Source of the DNA: Escherichia phage 4E10
Sequence record: OQ689735.1
Strand: one strand, 5' to 3'
Length of the DNA: 64,000 bases
The position numbers and the translations under genes are program-made. Below are positions 1 through 8,546 of the stretch, in pieces. Below the pieces are notes generated by a model that did no database searches, was not told where the DNA came from, and was given only the letters and a program-made list of their open reading frames with translations. Numbering within the stretch: position 1 is the stretch's first letter; every line of letters begins with the position of its first letter.

Positions 1-360
1 ATTTAATTTTCCTACAATCACTCACAAACTCTTTCATTGATTCGTTTTCAATATAAGACATATAGCTATTATATTCCTTTAATTGTATTTTGTAATCCTT
101 TTTTCTTTGCCAATTTATTTTAAAATTATCATAATGAAAATATAGTATGGTGCCAAAGAATGAAAATAATGAAATCGCTATAGTATAATGAAGTTCACTC
201 CAAACCTCTGTTATAATTGCTGAACCATCGACGTTTAAAATAAAACAGTCAATCATTAATCCAATAAGACTACCCGCAAGAGCTGCAAATACTGACACGG
301 CAAGAATTAACAGTGCCTCAAGAAACGAATATTTGACTTTATTTAGTTTTGGCTTTTGCA
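1..360 (-). CDS. partial small membrane protein (N-terminal part in window, gene continues past position 1)
   Basis: ATG at 360-358 (MQKPKLNKVKYSFLEALLILAVSVF...), frame open to window edge; two hydrophobic segments; C-terminal region resembles the neighbouring 343-735 product. Confidence 0.4.
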
Positions 361-735
361 TCGTGATTCCTTAACAAATTTCATAATTTCATTAAATTCA
401 TACATATCTAGCTTAAGCTGGTGTTCCTTTTTAATCTTTTTACACCGGGCTTTCCAATCACGTACACGTTTACGATAGTGTCTTCCTTGATACCAGTATC
501 CTATCCAATTTACAGGTATTAATAAAAGCGGAACTACCAATGGAAGAATTAGTGTTGCTCCAAATATTACACCAGATTCAATATCAGTCATAACGTCTAT
601 AATCATTCCAGCAATCAGCAGAATCACAAATGATACAGCTACCACAGGACCTATTAACACATCAGTAGAAATTATCTGACGCTTTAATTCATACTTCAAC
701 GGTTTACTTGGAAGGTATAGTGATGGCTTTGACAT
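343..735 (-). CDS. small membrane protein, two predicted TM helices (hypothetical)
   Basis: six-frame ORF 343..756; track start is TTG, first ATG at 735 with AAGGA upstream; hydrophobic stretches VVAVSFVILLIAGMII and ATLILPLVVPLLLIPV. Confidence 0.5.
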   Translation of the reverse strand: MSKPSLYLPSKPLKYELKRQIISTDVLIGPVVAVSFVILLIAGMIIDVMTDIESGVIFGATLILPLVVPLLLIPVNWIGYWYQGRHYRKRVRDWKARCKKIKKEHQLKLDMYEFNEIMKFVKESRCKSQN

Positions 736-1312
736 ATTCTCTACATTCCTTAACAAATTTTTCTAATAATAAATCGCTTTCAAAATTGGGATTTTCTACG
801 AATTTATCAAAAAGATCATCAACAATAGTTAAGATATTCTTTTTACTAAGAATACGTTTATTTTCATGCTTCGTTTCAGAATCAACTATAAGAGTAAAGA
901 AATATTTCTTGCCCTGAAATTTTACAGTAGTATCAATATAGAATAAATTTGACTTTTGTAAATTACGTTTAAACCATTCATCACTTAAACTATAAACGCC
1001 AAGATAATCATAATTGTCGTTTAAATAACAGACCGTCCATTCAGGAGAAACAAAATCAGTAAATTCAACATCAAAATCGCATGTTAATAAATGAATTGAT
1101 TCAATACTGTTAATAAGTATTCCAGGACGTATTAAAGACTTTTTACCTCTAGAAAATCTTCCAGAAAGACTTTCATCAGTTTCATATGAAGAACCCCAAT
1201 AATAATTACGTCCTTCTGCCATACGTTTAAGAGCATTTAATAATTGGTCTGGAACATCAACCTGTCTTTGAAACTCTTCAAACATTGAATTGAAATCACT
1301 TTGCATTTTCAT
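704..1312 (-). CDS. hypothetical protein
   Basis: 202-aa ORF with ATG start, same strand as neighbours; overlaps next gene by about 30 nt. Confidence 0.55.
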   Translation of the reverse strand: MKMQSDFNSMFEEFQRQVDVPDQLLNALKRMAEGRNYYWGSSYETDESLSGRFSRGKKSLIRPGILINSIESIHLLTCDFDVEFTDFVSPEWTVCYLNDNYDYLGVYSLSDEWFKRNLQKSNLFYIDTTVKFQGKKYFFTLIVDSETKHENKRILSKKNILTIVDDLFDKFVENPNFESDLLLEKFVKECREYVKAITIPSK

Positions 1313-1333
1313 TCCTATTTACTCCAAGTAATA

Positions 1334-1347
1334 GGGGCCGAAGCCCC
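1334..1347. terminator. GGGGC-CGAA-GCCCC tetraloop hairpin between the PspA-like gene and the next gene (partial terminator or RNA stability element)
   Basis: perfect 5-bp GC stem with GNRA-type loop; only a weak U tract on the minus strand. Confidence 0.35.
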
Positions 1348-1353
1348 TTATCA

Positions 1354-1947
1354 TTATTTCAGAGAATTAATGTATTCCTGAACATCGGCAGAGGTAGTTT
1401 CAACCCCAGAAATATTACCGTTAAAGGTTTCAACTCGAGCAAGAGTATCTTCAATATCAACCTTAGTCAGTGCTGCAATTTCAACTACATCATCAGCAGT
1501 ACTAATTCCAAGGGCATTCGCGGCGCGAGTTTCACGGATATATTCCAATTTAACTGCAAGTTCTTGGCGAGCATCATCCAATTCAACTACTTTCTTAGCG
1601 ATTTCAATTCGCATTTCAGCATAACCATCAGCTTTAGTAGTCAACTGCTCAGCTGTTCGACGATATAGTAAACCGAGTTTAGCATGCATTGTTACATCTT
1701 GACCTTCGGAAAGAAGCTTGCGAATTTCACGCTCTTTTGATTCGGCCTGCTTATTCTTTTCGACAATAAGTTCACGAATACGCTTTTCTTCATTAATAGA
1801 TTTAACGGAAGCAGTTTTTAGATCTTTAATCTTATCAAGTAGTTTTGCTGCCGCAGCAGTATACTGTTCTTCGACAGATAGATTTTTAGCCATAGCAGAA
1901 CCAAGTTTAGTGCGAATAAACTCAACAATTTTCTTCAGTGTGTTCAT
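1354..1947 (-). CDS. coiled-coil protein, PspA/IM30 (phage-shock protein A / Vipp1)-like
   Basis: 197-aa ORF, ATG with AAGGAAA SD; helical Ala/Glu/Lys-rich sequence; [12 protein letters not shown] and [19 protein letters not shown] resemble conserved PspA_IM30 helices as remembered; assignment not search-verified. Confidence 0.5.
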
Positions 1948-2019
1948 AGTATTTCCTTAGGTTGATTAAGATTTAAAATCCGTGAGAGTATTATACCCTG
2001 TTATTTGAGAGATGTAAAC

Positions 2020-2355
2020 TTATTCTTCGTCTATTTCATCGATAAAGACATCAATGGCCTCGATAACGGCATCATTGATAACCAATAAAGTAAAATCATC
2101 GTCAGTGCCTTTAGAATATTCTAAAGCATTGATATATGCTTGGTTGGCAAGTTCCCAAGCCTTTTTAAAATAAGGAGCTTCATCATCAGGGCCAACGAAA
2201 CGTACACCTTCAAAGATACGGTTAGCATAATCTAATACCCATTGTACAGGCATGTTTTGAGAACGTTCGTTAAACTCTTCAAAGTCCTTAGATTCAAAAA
2301 GTTCTTCAGGGTAATTATTTCTATTACAAAAAGCTTTACTAAAGTTACGTTTCAT
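2020..2355 (-). CDS. hypothetical acidic protein
   Basis: 111-aa ORF, ATG with GAGGAGAA SD; acidic C-terminus. Confidence 0.55.
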   Translation of the reverse strand: MKRNFSKAFCNRNNYPEELFESKDFEEFNERSQNMPVQWVLDYANRIFEGVRFVGPDDEAPYFKKAWELANQAYINALEYSKGTDDDFTLLVINDAVIEAIDVFIDEIDEE

Positions 2356-2410
2356 AATGTTCTCCTCAAATTATGGGCTCATAATATCTCAATCATGAGC
2401 CCGTGTAAAC

Positions 2411-2674
2411 TTATTTCATATTATTGAAATATTCTTCTGCGATTTCGTCGTTATCATGGTAAACTTTAGAAGACAATTTAACATAACCTTCAGCAGTGAA
2501 CATGTTAATCACAACCTTTACAGTATACCACTGACCGTCTTCATTGCCCATTACCGCATAAGTTTCAAACATCGGATGATCAGGACCGATAACTTTAATA
2601 TCATTCACTGTACGACCGAAATCTTCTGAAACACATTTCATAAAGAAGTTGAACAGTTCGCCGTAATTATCCAT
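2411..2674 (-). CDS. hypothetical protein
   Basis: ORF 2411..2686; track start is TTG, first ATG at 2674 with GGAGA SD; first gene after early promoter at 2712-2750. Confidence 0.5.
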   Translation of the reverse strand: MDNYGELFNFFMKCVSEDFGRTVNDIKVIGPDHPMFETYAVMGNEDGQWYTVKVVINMFTAEGYVKLSSKVYHDNDEIAEEYFNNMK

Positions 2675-2711
2675 TTCGTTCTCCAAGTTGTTTTCTGTAT
2701 CAGTAGTTGAT

Positions 2712-2750
2712 AGTTGTATAGTACCATGGAAGAACGGGGATGTAAACAGT
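2712..2750 (-). promoter_or_regulatory. T4 early-type sigma70 promoter
   Basis: minus strand GTTTAC (-35), 18-bp spacer, TACTAT (-10), upstream of the gene starting at 2674. Confidence 0.45.
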
Positions 2751-2876
2751 TTTGTGAAAATTTTTTTAAAAAATTTTAGGGAATTCTAGGGTCAGGAGGG
2801 GCAATTAAAAGGTAGGATAATATATTATAAAGGGTATAAACTAAATGATGCCTAGAGAGGCCCGGAAAGGCCTAGA

Positions 2877-2911
2877 TACCAAAAAGCCCCAACCTTTCGG
2901 TCGGGGCTAAG
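2877..2911 (-). terminator. rho-independent terminator downstream of the internal-protein-like gene
   Basis: minus-strand RNA GCCCCGACC-GAAA-GGUUGGGGC followed by UUUUUGG; identical copy at 3436-3470. Confidence 0.6.
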
Positions 2912-2915
2912 AATG

Positions 2916-3389
2916 TTATTTGATTTGTTTAGCAGACCAAATGCGGTCTTTAATAATTTTTTGGATGTCTTCAACATACTCAAGAGAGTGAGCATGTGGG
3001 TTATCTTTGAAACTATAAGCACGAGCTAGCTTTTGGCCTTCAGTTTTGATTACTAAAAGCTCTTTAAGGATAGCTTCATATTTGGAGATAATTCCTTTAA
3101 CAATATTTTTTTCTTGTGCAGCTTTAGGATCTGCTTTAGGAGCAGGTTTACCCGAAGCCTTTGCAAAAGCAGCGCCAGTAGCAACTAGACTTTTCCAGGC
3201 CATACTAACCGCATTTCCTGTAAATCCTTCTGCTTTCATGTCGCGAGCAAATTGGAATCGCGATTCGTCAGAAGCATCTTTATAAGAATATTTACCCGCT
3301 GCAATGGCTGCTTTTGCAACAGCTTGAATTTCGGTGCTAGATGCTTCATTTAACACCGCTTCATTTAAAAATTGAGTATATGATTTCAT
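2916..3389 (-). CDS. internal-protein-like capsid-targeted protein (CTS-bearing)
   Basis: 157-aa ORF; N-terminus MKSYTQFLNE|A matches the T4 internal-protein capsid targeting sequence with L-x-E gp21 cleavage site; own SD; bracketed by identical terminator hairpins. Confidence 0.6.
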   Translation of the reverse strand: MKSYTQFLNEAVLNEASSTEIQAVAKAAIAAGKYSYKDASDESRFQFARDMKAEGFTGNAVSMAWKSLVATGAAFAKASGKPAPKADPKAAQEKNIVKGIISKYEAILKELLVIKTEGQKLARAYSFKDNPHAHSLEYVEDIQKIIKDRIWSAKQIK

Positions 3390-3435
3390 CTTATTTCCTG
3401 TTTTAATTCGTGGATTTAATATACTACTATATTTA

Positions 3436-3470
3436 TACCAAAAAGCCCCAACCTTTCGGTCGGGGCTAAG
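3436..3470 (-). terminator. rho-independent terminator at the end of the tRNA/stable-RNA operon
   Basis: 35-bp sequence identical to 2877-2911; hairpin plus U tract on the minus strand. Confidence 0.6.
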
Positions 3471-3518
3471 CCTTGCGGCAACCTTGTCGGGGTTCCACCT
3501 GCTAAGGCAAGTGTTTGT

Positions 3519-3610
3519 ACGAAACGCCGGGATTCGAACCCGGTTATTAAGCAGTTGACGCTACTCAATATTTTTAAAAGGCCATATCTCGACCATATCC
3601 GAACGTTCCG
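3519..3610 (-). ncRNA. tRNA-like stable RNA candidate at the distal end of the tRNA operon
   Basis: perfect T-arm (CCGGG-TTCGAAT-CCCGG) at 3527-3543 and a 7-bp acceptor-like pairing between 3604-3610 and 3520-3526, but no canonical D/anticodon arms; sits between the embedded ORF and the operon terminator. Confidence 0.3.
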
Positions 3611-3776
3611 TCAAAAACGCTACTCGACTTACGGCAAAGATATTTCCTCGAATCGATAATTCGGTGCGCCGTTTCTGCTGTGATGTAAGAGGGCATCAAT
3701 AAACGCAAAGATTATTAACGCAATTCCTTACTCAGGGAACATCAGTCCGACGACTTACCGGTAGCGACCCGGTTTC

Positions 3777-4127
3777 TTAATATTCTTTTAAAGCATCAAT
3801 CTGTTTACGGCGTTCACGCCATAAATCAATTGCTTCATACGCGGATTCAGCATTTCGAATTGGACGGCATTTATATAAAGACTTGTGATTTTGATATTGC
3901 GTAGATAACGGAATTTTATCTAAAAGGTCTTTACGTTCAAAGTATTCGTAACCATCTAAGCCAAATGAACGATTTTTGAGAAATTGCCAATGACCATATT
4001 CGTTTTCGACATAAACATAATCCGCGTGTTGATAAAGCAAATTAATTACACGTTCAGAAATAATAGTGTCATTGTGATTAAAATAAAATGTTAAATCATG
4101 AACTACTAAATAAACATTACCTTTCAT
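3777..4127 (-). CDS. hypothetical protein embedded in tRNA cluster
   Basis: 116-aa ORF, ATG 16 nt downstream of tRNA-Arg 3' end with GAGGAAAA SD. Confidence 0.5.
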   Translation of the reverse strand: MKGNVYLVVHDLTFYFNHNDTIISERVINLLYQHADYVYVENEYGHWQFLKNRSFGLDGYEYFERKDLLDKIPLSTQYQNHKSLYKCRPIRNAESAYEAIDLWRERRKQIDALKEY

Positions 4128-4143
4128 ATTTTCCTCACTTAAT

Positions 4144-4219
4144 TGGTCGAGGCAGTAGGGATCGAACCTACGACCTAGGACTTAGAAGGTCCTTGCTCTT
4201 CCTTCTGAGCTATGCCCCG
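4144..4219 (-). tRNA. tRNA-Arg (anticodon UCU)
   Basis: manual fold: 7-bp acceptor, D and T arms (GGTTCGATCC), anticodon loop CUUCUAA, CCA encoded. Confidence 0.8.
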
Positions 4220-4223
4220 TAAT

Positions 4224-4299
4224 TGGGGTGACCGATGGGAGTCGAACCCATGACTACGAGAATCACAATCTCGAGTTCTACCAACTGAACTACGGCCAC
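4224..4299 (-). tRNA. tRNA-His (anticodon GUG)
   Basis: manual fold: acceptor GUGGCCG/CGGUCAC, C73, anticodon loop UUGUGAU, T arm GGTTCGACTCC, CCA encoded; no encoded G-1. Confidence 0.7.
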
Positions 4300-4412
4300 A
4301 TTAATACCTACTCCAACAATCAAGATGTCTTCACACGAAATTAAGAGAAGAGTGATCAGTTCAACCCTATAATCGCGTCAAGTAGATATTAATGTGACAG
4401 TTGTCACAAATT

Positions 4413-4487
4413 TGGCGGACGTGATAGGATTCGAACCTATAACCAATCGCTTAACAGGCGATCGCTCTGCCATTGAGCTACACATCC
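4413..4487 (-). tRNA. tRNA-Asn (anticodon GUU)
   Basis: manual fold: anticodon stem ATCGC/GCGAT, loop CUGUUAA, T arm ATAGGTTCGAATCCTAT, CCA encoded. Confidence 0.8.
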
Positions 4488-4491
4488 AAAT

Positions 4492-4578
4492 TGGTGGGGA
4501 GTGATGGAGTCGAACCACCCGAGTCGCAATGACAATGAATTTACAGTCCACACCGCTACCTCTACGGGATAACTCCCC
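4492..4578 (-). tRNA. tRNA-Tyr (anticodon GUA), long variable arm
   Basis: manual fold: acceptor GGGGAGU/ACUCCCC, anticodon loop CUGUAAA, variable arm GUCAUUGCGAC, CCA encoded. Confidence 0.7.
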
Positions 4579-4591
4579 TTAATTCTTAATT

Positions 4592-4666
4592 TGGTGGCCC
4601 TGGGTGGAATTGAACCACCATCTGGCGATTATGAGTCGCTTGCTTGAACCTTCCAGCTACAGGGCC
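4592..4666 (-). tRNA. tRNA with CAU anticodon (Met, or lysidine-modified Ile as recalled for the T4 CAU tRNA)
   Basis: manual fold: acceptor GGCCCUG/CAGGGCC, anticodon loop CUCAUAA, T arm GGTGGTTCAATTCCACC, CCA encoded. Confidence 0.75.
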
Positions 4667-4667
4667 T

Positions 4668-4743
4668 TGGTGCTGATTGACGGAATCGAACCGCCGACCT
4701 TCTCATTACAAGTGAGTTGCTCTACCTACTGAGCTAAATCAGC
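4668..4743 (-). tRNA. tRNA-Thr (anticodon UGU)
   Basis: manual fold: acceptor GCUGAUU/AAUCAGC, anticodon loop CUUGUAA, CCA encoded. Confidence 0.8.
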
Positions 4744-4748
4744 AAAAC

Positions 4749-4838
4749 TGGCGGAGGCGATAGGATTTGAACCTATGAGTCGCCGGAGCGACTGCCGGTT
4801 TTCAAGACCGGTGCATTAAACCACTCTGCCACGCCTCC
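4749..4838 (-). tRNA. tRNA-Ser (anticodon UGA), long variable arm
   Basis: manual fold: anticodon stem CCGGU/ACCGG, loop CUUGAAA; 2 nt from tRNA-Pro, consistent with a dimeric precursor. Confidence 0.8.
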
Positions 4839-4840
4839 AG

Positions 4841-4914
4841 TCTCCATACAAGGATTTGAACCTTGGACCTCCTGATCCCAAATCAGGCGCTCTACCAAAC
4901 TGAGCTACACGGAG
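4841..4914 (-). tRNA. tRNA-Pro (anticodon UGG), CCA not encoded
   Basis: manual fold: anticodon stem CCUGA/UCAGG, loop UUUGGGA; 3' trailer is not CCA. Confidence 0.75.
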
Positions 4915-4924
4915 TAAATTAAAT

Positions 4925-4998
<74 letters not shown>

Positions 4999-5003
4999 AA
5001 ATT

Positions 5004-5090
5004 TGGTGCGAGAAGTGGGACTCGAACCCACAAGGAAATCATTCCGCAGCATTTTAAGTGCTGTGCCTTTACCAATTTGACCATTCTCGC
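5004..5090 (-). tRNA. tRNA-Leu (anticodon UAA), long variable arm
   Basis: manual fold: acceptor GCGAGAA/UUCUCGC, anticodon loop CUUAAAA, CCA encoded. Confidence 0.8.
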
Positions 5091-5091
5091 G

Positions 5092-5164
5092 CTGGGAATA
5101 AAGGACTCGAACCTTTGCATCCTGGAATCAAAATCCAGTGCCTTACCAACTTGGCTAATTCCCA
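5092..5164 (-). tRNA. tRNA-Gln (anticodon UUG), CCA not encoded
   Basis: manual fold: acceptor UGGGAAU/AUUCCCA, anticodon stem CUGGA/UCCAG, loop UUUUGAU. Confidence 0.75.
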
Positions 5165-5229
5165 ATTATTAACAAAGGCTCTCTAACAAGAACCCTTGAT
5201 GATAGAGGGTATTAATCAGTGCGATATGA

Positions 5230-5260
5230 GTTAATAATAACAAATAATTCTTAAAGCATA
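5230..5260 (-). promoter_or_regulatory. candidate middle (MotA-dependent) promoter for the tRNA operon
   Basis: minus strand ATGCTTTA (MotA box), 12 bp, TATTAT (-10), about 60 bp upstream of tRNA-Gln. Confidence 0.4.
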
Positions 5261-5261
5261 T

Positions 5262-5549
5262 TTACCATTTATGATGATACATACTTACGATGCATTCAAG
5301 ACCCAAAAGATTCTTGAAAATATCATATTCAAGAGGACCTTTTTCTGTTTCAATAAAGAAATCAAAATTTACTGTATTAAATTTACGGTCTTCCTTCACT
5401 AATTTAACCTGAGAAGATGAACGGTCAATGTAAACCTTTTCAACTTCAAAACATGTTAAAATGCCATAATCATCAATCAAGGCTTTAGCTGCTTCTTGAT
5501 CATATTTATATCCATTTTCAATGGATGATACTTTCGCATAAAGAATCAT
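5262..5549 (-). CDS. hypothetical protein
   Basis: ORF 5262..5555; track start is TTG, first ATG at 5549, immediately after the stop of the upstream gene. Confidence 0.5.
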   Translation of the reverse strand: MILYAKVSSIENGYKYDQEAAKALIDDYGILTCFEVEKVYIDRSSSQVKLVKEDRKFNTVNFDFFIETEKGPLEYDIFKNLLGLECIVSMYHHKW

Positions 5550-5551
5550 TA

Positions 5552-5932
5552 TCAACCTTCATCAACAATAGTGTGCGTATTGGCATTTACAATTTGCCAC
5601 CAATCAAAGCGATTAGAACCATAATCTGGTTTGTTTTCATTTTCTTTGATAATGTCACGGAGTTCATCTTCGGTAGCGGCTTTCGCTATTAAATCAGCAT
5701 ATCCACCACGAGGATAATAATTATCACCTGCAAAAAGTAAAAAGTTTGGTTTAATGTTATTGAACTCTTCAAGAGTAATAACTTTTCCTGACGGTTGAAC
5801 AATCTCTACATATTTATATCCCAATTTTTGAGCAGCATCTACTGCTTCAAGCAAAGTATCATGAGCCCATCCAATTTGACAACCTGGCTTTTCAGATGGA
5901 TTAGCCTGATAATCCGCATACACTTTGTACAT
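5552..5932 (-). CDS. hypothetical protein
   Basis: ORF 5552..5971; likely start is ATG at 5932 (MYKVYADYQ...) with AAAGGTGA SD, 1 nt after the upstream stop. Confidence 0.5.
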   Translation of the reverse strand: MYKVYADYQANPSEKPGCQIGWAHDTLLEAVDAAQKLGYKYVEIVQPSGKVITLEEFNNIKPNFLLFAGDNYYPRGGYADLIAKAATEDELRDIIKENENKPDYGSNRFDWWQIVNANTHTIVDEG

Positions 5933-5933
5933 T

Positions 5934-6119
5934 CTATTCACCTTTAGAAATTTTATCCATAACGATAGCAATTAAACCAATTAAAAATGCTACTACAAGT
6001 GAAAACACATTTTCTGCTGTAGTCAATAATCCGCATATAAATCCAACAAACATTGAAAAACTAAAAGCAGAAGCAGAAATTGCAATAGCAACATTTCGAA
6101 TTAATTCACAACGTTTCAT
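5934..6119 (-). CDS. small hydrophobic membrane protein (hypothetical)
   Basis: 61-aa ORF, almost entirely hydrophobic; directly downstream of early promoter 6142-6180. Confidence 0.45.
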   Translation of the reverse strand: MKRCELIRNVAIAISASAFSFSMFVGFICGLLTTAENVFSLVVAFLIGLIAIVMDKISKGE

Positions 6120-6141
6120 TTTATTCTCCTCGGTAGTTGAT

Positions 6142-6180
6142 AGGGTAATAGTATCACAACTAAAACCCTATGTAAACAAC
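6142..6180 (-). promoter_or_regulatory. T4 early-type promoter
   Basis: minus strand GTTTACA (-35), 18 bp, TGaTACTAT extended -10; upstream of the 61-aa membrane ORF. Confidence 0.5.
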
Positions 6181-6195
6181 TTTGTGAAATATTTA

Positions 6196-6483
6196 TTACA
6201 AAAGATTTTTAGCAATAATCTTGAGATGTGCCGCAGAAATGTGTTTAGCTTTAAACAACGCAGTTTCTTCAGCAGGAGAGATAATGATTGTAGCACCATC
6301 CTTTTTAGCAGACCACCCATCACCTAGGTAAACAGTACCTTTGATTTCTTCGCCATCAACCAAGCTAATCATTGGTTTACCTTCTCGTCCTTTATTTGCT
6401 TTAATAACTTCAGAAGTAAGAGTAGCTTCAGTAATAGTAGAAACCGGGGTAGTTGTAGAAGTAAACTCTTTGAAAGTTTTCAT
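6196..6483 (-). CDS. ipI: internal protein I (capsid-packaged, injected; T4 IPI inhibits GmrSD-type restriction)
   Basis: 95-aa ORF; N-terminus MKTFKEFTSTTTPVSTITE|A gives a 19-aa propeptide and 76-aa mature product, matching T4 IPI/IPI* sizes; lies immediately upstream of 57B as in T4. Confidence 0.75.
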   Translation of the reverse strand: MKTFKEFTSTTTPVSTITEATLTSEVIKANKGREGKPMISLVDGEEIKGTVYLGDGWSAKKDGATIIISPAEETALFKAKHISAAHLKIIAKNLL

Positions 6484-6507
6484 TTTATTTTCCTAATTAA
6501 TTTTGAT

Positions 6508-6546
6508 GAGATAATAGTATCACTACCTCATCAGCATGTAAACAAC
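6508..6546 (-). promoter_or_regulatory. T4 early-type promoter for ipI
   Basis: near-duplicate of the 6142-6180 promoter (GTTTACA ... TGaTACTAT) in the 57B-ipI intergenic region. Confidence 0.5.
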
Positions 6547-6555
6547 TTTGTGAAA

Positions 6556-7240
<685 letters not shown>

Positions 7241-7241
<1 letters not shown>

Positions 7242-7966
7242 TATAGTACCTTTAGTGTATTTTTAATTTTAGAAAAAAGTTCTTCAAGAGAACCATCGTT
7301 TGTAATTACTAAATCGCCATCACGAATTGGCAATCCAGCTTCTGTAATATGTGTATCATTGGATTTTTGACCAGGACGAACTACATGAATTACTGTAGCA
7401 CCCATCGCCCTAGCCGCATCCATTTCATGATCTTGACGAGTATCAGGAACGATATAATAATCATAACCTGAGTTAAATTTATCAAGATAATCTAAAGCAA
7501 ATAATTTTACCCAGTACATGCGGTCGAAGTTATTAACAATCAAATCCGTACCTAGGGCTTGCATCAGACGACGGACTGACCATTGATCTTCAATATTATT
7601 TATAACGTCAATAATCTTGTTAAATGCTACGGAATTAACTGATTCTTGTCCTTCGTCATCAAAAACAAACACACCTTTAATTGGGCTTTTACCATTAAGA
7701 TAGCAAAATGCTTGTTCCATAATCGTGATTACTTCTGATTTAGTCAGATTTAAATTAGTCTCACGATCATAGTCAATTCCTTCAAACTCTTTACGAGTTA
7801 AGCAAGGATAGTCGGTGTTTACTGCAAATACTCCCCATGCATAAGCCAATGCATCCTTAATAGGACCAGCAAGTTGGTATTTAACTGCAGAATAATTGCT
7901 CATGATAAAATCAGCAGTAGTATCTTTTCCACTACGCTTTACACCGCTTAAAAAGATTAGTTTCAT
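7241..7966 (-). CDS. 1: deoxynucleoside monophosphate kinase
   Basis: 241 aa from ATG 7966 (MKLIFLSGVKRSGKDT, P-loop); track ORF has an upstream in-frame extension. Confidence 0.9.
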
Positions 7967-8015
7967 GTGTTTCTCCTCAAATTTAATTAAGATTATAACA
8001 CACAAAACTGAAGCA

Positions 8016-8546
8016 TTAAACTTCTGCTATAATTTTGCCATCTTTTTCTACTTGAAAATACGTATAAGGAATCGTTGCTGTGCATACTAAAGCTGGATCT
8101 GAATCTTCCGTATAGCTAAATTCTACTTCAGACAAGTCAGAAACCCAAGGCTTATAAAAATTTATTGACATCACGATTTCAGTTTTGCTATTATCTAAGA
8201 TGTAAAGCGTAATGTATTCAGGACCTGTTTTTTGAGCAGTATTTTCACCTGTAAGATAGTTGCTAGTTCCTAGCATCCATTCATACATTCCTATCCACGA
8301 CTTAAGTTCTTCATCAACTATAAATCTCACGATGAGTGGATCGTACTCAAATGTAGCACCTGGACGTTGTGCTCGGCCCAGTCCAAACGGCCCAGTCACG
8401 GTATCAGTAACAGGTATTCTAATTCCTGGAATAGGAACTGACTGAGCATTTAAAGTAAAAGCAGATGTAGTATTACTATGTGGTATTGATACTACAAAGT
8501 TAGTTGTATTTGCTTGGTTAAAAATTTGTTGCAGTGCTTGCGACAT
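8016..8546 (-). CDS. 3: tail completion / sheath stabiliser protein
   Basis: 176 aa from ATG 8546 (MSQALQQIFNQ...); size and position match T4 gp3. Confidence 0.8.
   Translation of the reverse strand: MSQALQQIFNQANTTNFVVSIPHSNTTSAFTLNAQSVPIPGIRIPVTDTVTGPFGLGRAQRPGATFEYDPLIVRFIVDEELKSWIGMYEWMLGTSNYLTGENTAQKTGPEYITLYILDNSKTEIVMSINFYKPWVSDLSEVEFSYTEDSDPALVCTATIPYTYFQVEKDGKIIAEV

Larger units (their letters stand above)
2877..3470. repeat. identical 35-bp direct repeats (terminator hairpins) bracketing the internal-protein-like gene
   Basis: TACCAAAAAGCCCCAACCTTTCGGTCGGGGCTAAG at 2877-2911 and 3436-3470. Confidence 0.8.

Noticed and set aside
708-917. Short plus-strand ORFs in the left region (708..917, 1718..1960, 2242..2427, 3046..3285)
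   Set aside because: All are antisense to better-supported minus-strand genes and lack start-site signals.
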